DNA from: Sphingomonas sp.
GTDB taxonomy: Bacteria > Pseudomonadota > Alphaproteobacteria > Sphingomonadales > Sphingomonadaceae
Direction: 5' to 3'
DNA length: 64,000 nt
Assembly (NCBI RefSeq): GCF_036388215.1
Contig: NZ_DASVSH010000031.1
Span: forward strand, 90,675-154,674
Position numbers and translations under genes: made by a program
Notes under the pieces: model-generated
Told to the model about the DNA's origin: nothing
Seen by the model: only the letters and a program-made list of their open reading frames with translations
Databases searched by the model: none
In this document: one piece after another, positions 60,536 through 64,000 of the stretch
Layout of the letters: each line of letters opens with the position of its first letter
Numbering within the stretch: the first letter of the stretch is position 1

Positions 60536-61780
60536 TTAGTCGTCGTCGGCTGAACAATATATGGCTTCGTCCAATTCGCCTTCCCACCGAGCGACGGTGG
60601 TAGCGACAGTCAGATTGGCGCTGGCGCTCGGCACCGTGCGCGTCATGTCGAGCAGCCGGTCGAACGGGAGCACGAAGCCTACGACCAGCGCAGTCTGCTC
60701 GGGCGCGACGCCGACCGCGGACAGCACAGCGGCAAGCATGAACAGCGAGGCGGAGGGGACGGGCGCGGTCCCGAACGCCGCCAGCGCGCCGGTCAGCAGC
60801 ACGATCCCGTAAACCTGGGGAGACAGCGGGACGCCGAACGCCTGCAGCGCGAACATGCTGAGCAGCCCGACATACATCGCCGTGCCGTCCTTGCCGATGC
60901 TCGCCCCCAGCGGCAGCACCGTTGAAAATACCGGCCGGCCGATCCCGAGATTCTTCTCGGCCACACGCATCGCCACCGGCAGCGTCGCCGAGCTGGATGC
61001 AGTGGAAAACGCGACCGCCAGCGCGTCCACGATGCCGCGGAAGAAAGGCAGGATAGGCAACTTGGCGAACAATCGCAGGATCAGGCTGTGGACCAGCACG
61101 ATCTGGATCAAAGAGCCCAGCACCACGGCCAGGGCCAGCCAGCCGACATTGACGAACACCGCCGCGCCGTTCGCCGCCACCGCGTTGGCGATCAGCGCGA
61201 ACACGCCGAACGGCGTCGCCTCCATGACGATGCCAACCACCTTGAGCAGCACCGCGGACAGCGACTGCAGCCCCGCCGCGAACGGCTTGCCCGCCTCCCC
61301 CGCCACCACCGTGCCGACGCCAACCAGGATCGCGACAAAGATCAAAGCAAGCATGTCGCCCTTGGCAAGCGCATCGACGATATTGAGTGGGATGATGCCG
61401 ATCAGCTGCTGGTACGGTGTCACCGCCTCGCCCAGCGCATGCGGCGCGGCGGTGCCCAGCGGCGCGCCCACCCCCGGCTGGACCAGAGTCGCCACCAGCA
61501 TCCCGATCGAGACCGCGATCGCGGTCGTAAAGGCGAACAGCCCGATCGTCCGGCCGCCCAGGCTCCCCAGCCGCTTGGGATCGGCCAGCGCGGTAATCCC
61601 GGACGCGATCGTCACCAGCACGATCGGCGCCACGAGCATCCGTATTGCCCGCACGAACAGGTCGCCCATGAACATCACCGAAGGCGTGGCGGAGGGCCAG
61701 ACCAAGGCGAAGATCAATCCCAGCGCCAGCGCGGCCAGCACGCGTTTCCACAGCGCGATCGCGAACCACGCTCTCAGCAT
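60536..61780 (-). CDS. Dicarboxylate/amino acid:cation (DAACS) symporter
   Basis: AFSTASSSATLP, LPLGASIGKDG, GTAPVP, FDRLLDMTRT. Confidence 0.93.
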   Translation of the reverse strand: MLRAWFAIALWKRVLAALALGLIFALVWPSATPSVMFMGDLFVRAIRMLVAPIVLVTIASGITALADPKRLGSLGGRTIGLFAFTTAIAVSIGMLVATLVQPGVGAPLGTAAPHALGEAVTPYQQLIGIIPLNIVDALAKGDMLALIFVAILVGVGTVVAGEAGKPFAAGLQSLSAVLLKVVGIVMEATPFGVFALIANAVAANGAAVFVNVGWLALAVVLGSLIQIVLVHSLILRLFAKLPILPFFRGIVDALAVAFSTASSSATLPVAMRVAEKNLGIGRPVFSTVLPLGASIGKDGTAMYVGLLSMFALQAFGVPLSPQVYGIVLLTGALAAFGTAPVPSASLFMLAAVLSAVGVAPEQTALVVGFVLPFDRLLDMTRTVPSASANLTVATTVARWEGELDEAIYCSADDD

Positions 61781-61786
61781 GACGCT

Positions 61787-61939
61787 CTCCCCTCCCTCCT
61801 TGCAGGGAGGGGTCGGGGGTGGGTGCGCGCGTCTGCGCGCTCCAAAGACTCTATACCCCCGCGGCGTAAGCACCGGTCGAGGCATCGAGCCTCGCCCGCC
61901 GCTAACCCACCCCTGGCCACTCCCTTAAAAGGGAGGGGA
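61787..61939. repeat. Long palindromic element with family-B-type terminal hairpins
   Basis: CCCTCC..GGAGGGG and CTCCC-TTAAAA-GGGAG hairpins at the ends; GGGGGTGGGT / ACCCACCCC inverted arms. Confidence 0.8.
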
Positions 61940-61961
61940 AGCACATGCAGCACACTCAGCA

Positions 61962-63512
61962 TCAGCGGCAACTCCCCGTCGGCTTGTGCGGCAGCGCGCG
62001 GCCCGCCGCCTTGCCGGTCATCTCGCCGTTGCTCACTGCGACCACGCCGTTGACAACGACGGTCCGCACGCCGGAGGCCGGCAGCTTGGCCTGCTCATAC
62101 GTCGCCTGGGCGGCATATGTCTTGGGATCGAACACCACTACATCGGCGAAGGCGCCTTCCGTCAGTCGCCCGCGTCCCTTCAGCCCGAAGGTGTCGGCAG
62201 TAAGCGTCGAGCTGCGATAGATGAATTGGCGCAAGCTAAGCACATGCTCCGCTTTCACATACTTCGCGTATTTCCGCGCAAAGCTGCCATAGACGCGCGG
62301 GTGGCCGCCCGACGCATCCGAGCCGGTCATCACCCAGGGCCGCGCCATGAACGCCTTGATATCCGCCTCGCTCTGGTTGAACGAAACGACCCCCGGATCG
62401 GCAACCTTGATCACTTCCATCGCGGCGGTGACGGCGTCCACGCCCCGATCCTTCGCCACGGCGGCGAGCGTGCGGTTGGCGTACAGCCCCTCGACGATCA
62501 ACAGCTTCTCCGCACCACCGCGCTTGCGCAGATTCTCGATAATTCCGGCGCGCAGATCTTCGGCCCGGGCATAGGGGCCCAGCCGCTGAAGCAGCTTCTC
62601 GCGCCCGCCATCCTGCGCCCATAACGGGATCAGCGCGGCCACCAGGCTCGTGCCCGATGCAGACCAGGGATATTGGTCGGCCGTCACTTTCTGGCCCGTG
62701 CGCCGCGCCGCCTCTACCTTCGCGATGATCGCGCCCGCCTGACCGTGCACATCGACGCCCAGCGCCTTGATATGGCTGATATGCGCCGGAAGCTGGCCCT
62801 CGCGCCCTATCCGGATCGCCTCGTCGATCGCAGCGGCCAGCCCGACCGTGTATGAGCTTTCGTCGCGAATATGGCTGTCATAGGTGCCACCACGTTTCCC
62901 CGCCTCGCGCGCCAGCTCGATCACTTCCTCCGTTTTCGCGAAGCTTTGCGGCGCATAGAAGAGCCCCGTCGAGAGCCCCAGCGCGCCATGACACATGGCG
63001 TTCGCGACCAGACCCTTCATCTGGGCCATTTCCGTCACGGTGGGCGCGCGGTCAGCCTCGCCGATCACTTTCTCGCGGATCGCGCCGAAGCCTACATATG
63101 CCGCATAGTTGATGCCCACCGATTGGCCGCTGCCCAGCACCCTGGCCATGTCCGGACTCCCACCGCCGTCATTGCCGATGAACGCGGTCGTCACGCCTTG
63201 CATCAGAAATGCGGGCACCAGCCTTTCGCCCCGGTCCTTGGACGCAAGATCGGAGCCCATATGCGTGTGCGGATCGATGAAGCCGGGCGCGACGATCATG
63301 CCTTTTGCCTCGATCACGCGCGTGGCGCGAACGTTGACGCGGCGGCCGACCGAGACGATCCGGTCGCCCCGTATCGCAACGTCGCCGACGAAGGGCGCCA
63401 TCGTCCCCGTGTAGACCGTCCCTCCCCGGATCAGCAGATCGACGCTTGGCAACGGGGCATTTGCGGCGCCCAGCGACAATGCGGCGGTTCCCAGAAGCAG
63501 CGCAACCTTCAT
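61962..63512 (-). CDS. Secreted N-acyl-D-amino-acid deacylase-like amidohydrolase
   Basis: Signal peptide, APGFIDPHTH, GVTT...GNDG, DSHIRDE, HISHIK, GSDA, HPRVYGSF.R, GAFADVVVFDP. Confidence 0.9.
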   Translation of the reverse strand: MKVALLLGTAALSLGAANAPLPSVDLLIRGGTVYTGTMAPFVGDVAIRGDRIVSVGRRVNVRATRVIEAKGMIVAPGFIDPHTHMGSDLASKDRGERLVPAFLMQGVTTAFIGNDGGGSPDMARVLGSGQSVGINYAAYVGFGAIREKVIGEADRAPTVTEMAQMKGLVANAMCHGALGLSTGLFYAPQSFAKTEEVIELAREAGKRGGTYDSHIRDESSYTVGLAAAIDEAIRIGREGQLPAHISHIKALGVDVHGQAGAIIAKVEAARRTGQKVTADQYPWSASGTSLVAALIPLWAQDGGREKLLQRLGPYARAEDLRAGIIENLRKRGGAEKLLIVEGLYANRTLAAVAKDRGVDAVTAAMEVIKVADPGVVSFNQSEADIKAFMARPWVMTGSDASGGHPRVYGSFARKYAKYVKAEHVLSLRQFIYRSSTLTADTFGLKGRGRLTEGAFADVVVFDPKTYAAQATYEQAKLPASGVRTVVVNGVVAVSNGEMTGKAAGRALPHKPTGSCR

Positions 63513-64000
63513 GGCCTTCCCCAAAAGCCGCGCGCGGGCGGCAGGAGCATCCCGCCTTCGTCCCGCACGCCGCCCGCGCGATCCTCCGCGAGCCAGATGG
63601 GGCCGTCAAGGTCCACGAAGTCCGACATGCGCGCGACATGCAGCGCAGCCGCGATCGAGAGTGAGGAGCTGACCATGCAGCCGGTCATCAGCCCCAGCCC
63701 CCGCGCACGGGTGGCGTGGGCCAGTTCCAGCCCGGCGGTAAGCCCGCCCGCCTTGTCGAGCTTCACGTTGACCACCTGATAGCGACTGGCGATGACGTCG
63801 AGGTCGGCCGCGACATGCACTGCTTCATCCGCACAGATCGGCACGGCGGGGGTGAATCCTTCCAGCCAATCGTCCTCGGTGGCGGAAACCGGCTGCTCGA
63901 GCAGATCGGTCCGCAGTTCGACGAGCAGCGGCTCGATCTCCCTGAGCAGCGCCTCGTCCCAGCTCTCGTTGGGATCGACGATCAGCCGGCAATCAGGCGC
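63509..64000 (-). CDS. Enolase-superfamily L-Ala-D/L-Glu epimerase / N-acetyl-D-Glu racemase (DgcA-like), 5'-truncated
   Basis: VDPNESW, LEQP, CADE metal ligands, NVKLDKAGGL, GCM, VDLDG; ATGA overlap with the deacylase; frame open to window end. Confidence 0.9.
   Translation of the reverse strand, partial: APDCRLIVDPNESWDEALLREIEPLLVELRTDLLEQPVSATEDDWLEGFTPAVPICADEAVHVAADLDVIASRYQVVNVKLDKAGGLTAGLELAHATRARGLGLMTGCMVSSSLSIAAALHVARMSDFVDLDGPIWLAEDRAGGVRDEGGMLLPPARGFWGRP

Overview
A 64-kb, GC-rich (roughly two-thirds G+C by eye) chromosomal window from an alphaproteobacterium, most likely a Sphingomonas or other sphingomonad. This is inferred from gene content, protein style and repeat families. 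The backbone is housekeeping: tig-(GT2)-clpP-clpX, tRNA-Leu(TAG), gatCAB, ruvX-pyrB-pyrC', serB/miaA, ilvB-ilvN-ilvC, folE-SDR-folB, leuA with a leader-peptide attenuator, and a DEAD-box helicase. Small accessory insertions interrupt it, including two VapC toxin-antitoxin modules, a TPR-like gene between clpP and clpX, an ArsR/desaturase pair, an SRPBCC/TetR pair and a YdeI-like gene. At least five families of dispersed non-coding palindromic or repeat elements are also present. The strongest candidates for an undescribed system are: (1) a 13-kb+ peptidoglycan-peptide/D-amino-acid utilisation locus at 50.8-64 kb (TonB receptor, variant AmpG coupled to an AmiE-like serine hydrolase, M19 dipeptidase, DacB, cyclophilin, DAACS symporter, secreted D-aminoacylase, Ala-Glu epimerase/DgcA-like); (2) short GWCCGCT-N10/11-AGCRGWC palindromes bracketing cassette-like accessory genes, next to a three-copy ~113-bp non-coding element; (3) an orphan ParA + RHH partner + two SPOR proteins with CtrA-like boxes. 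No CRISPR array, rRNA, transposase or integrase was seen. All family assignments come from motif recognition by eye, not from database searches.
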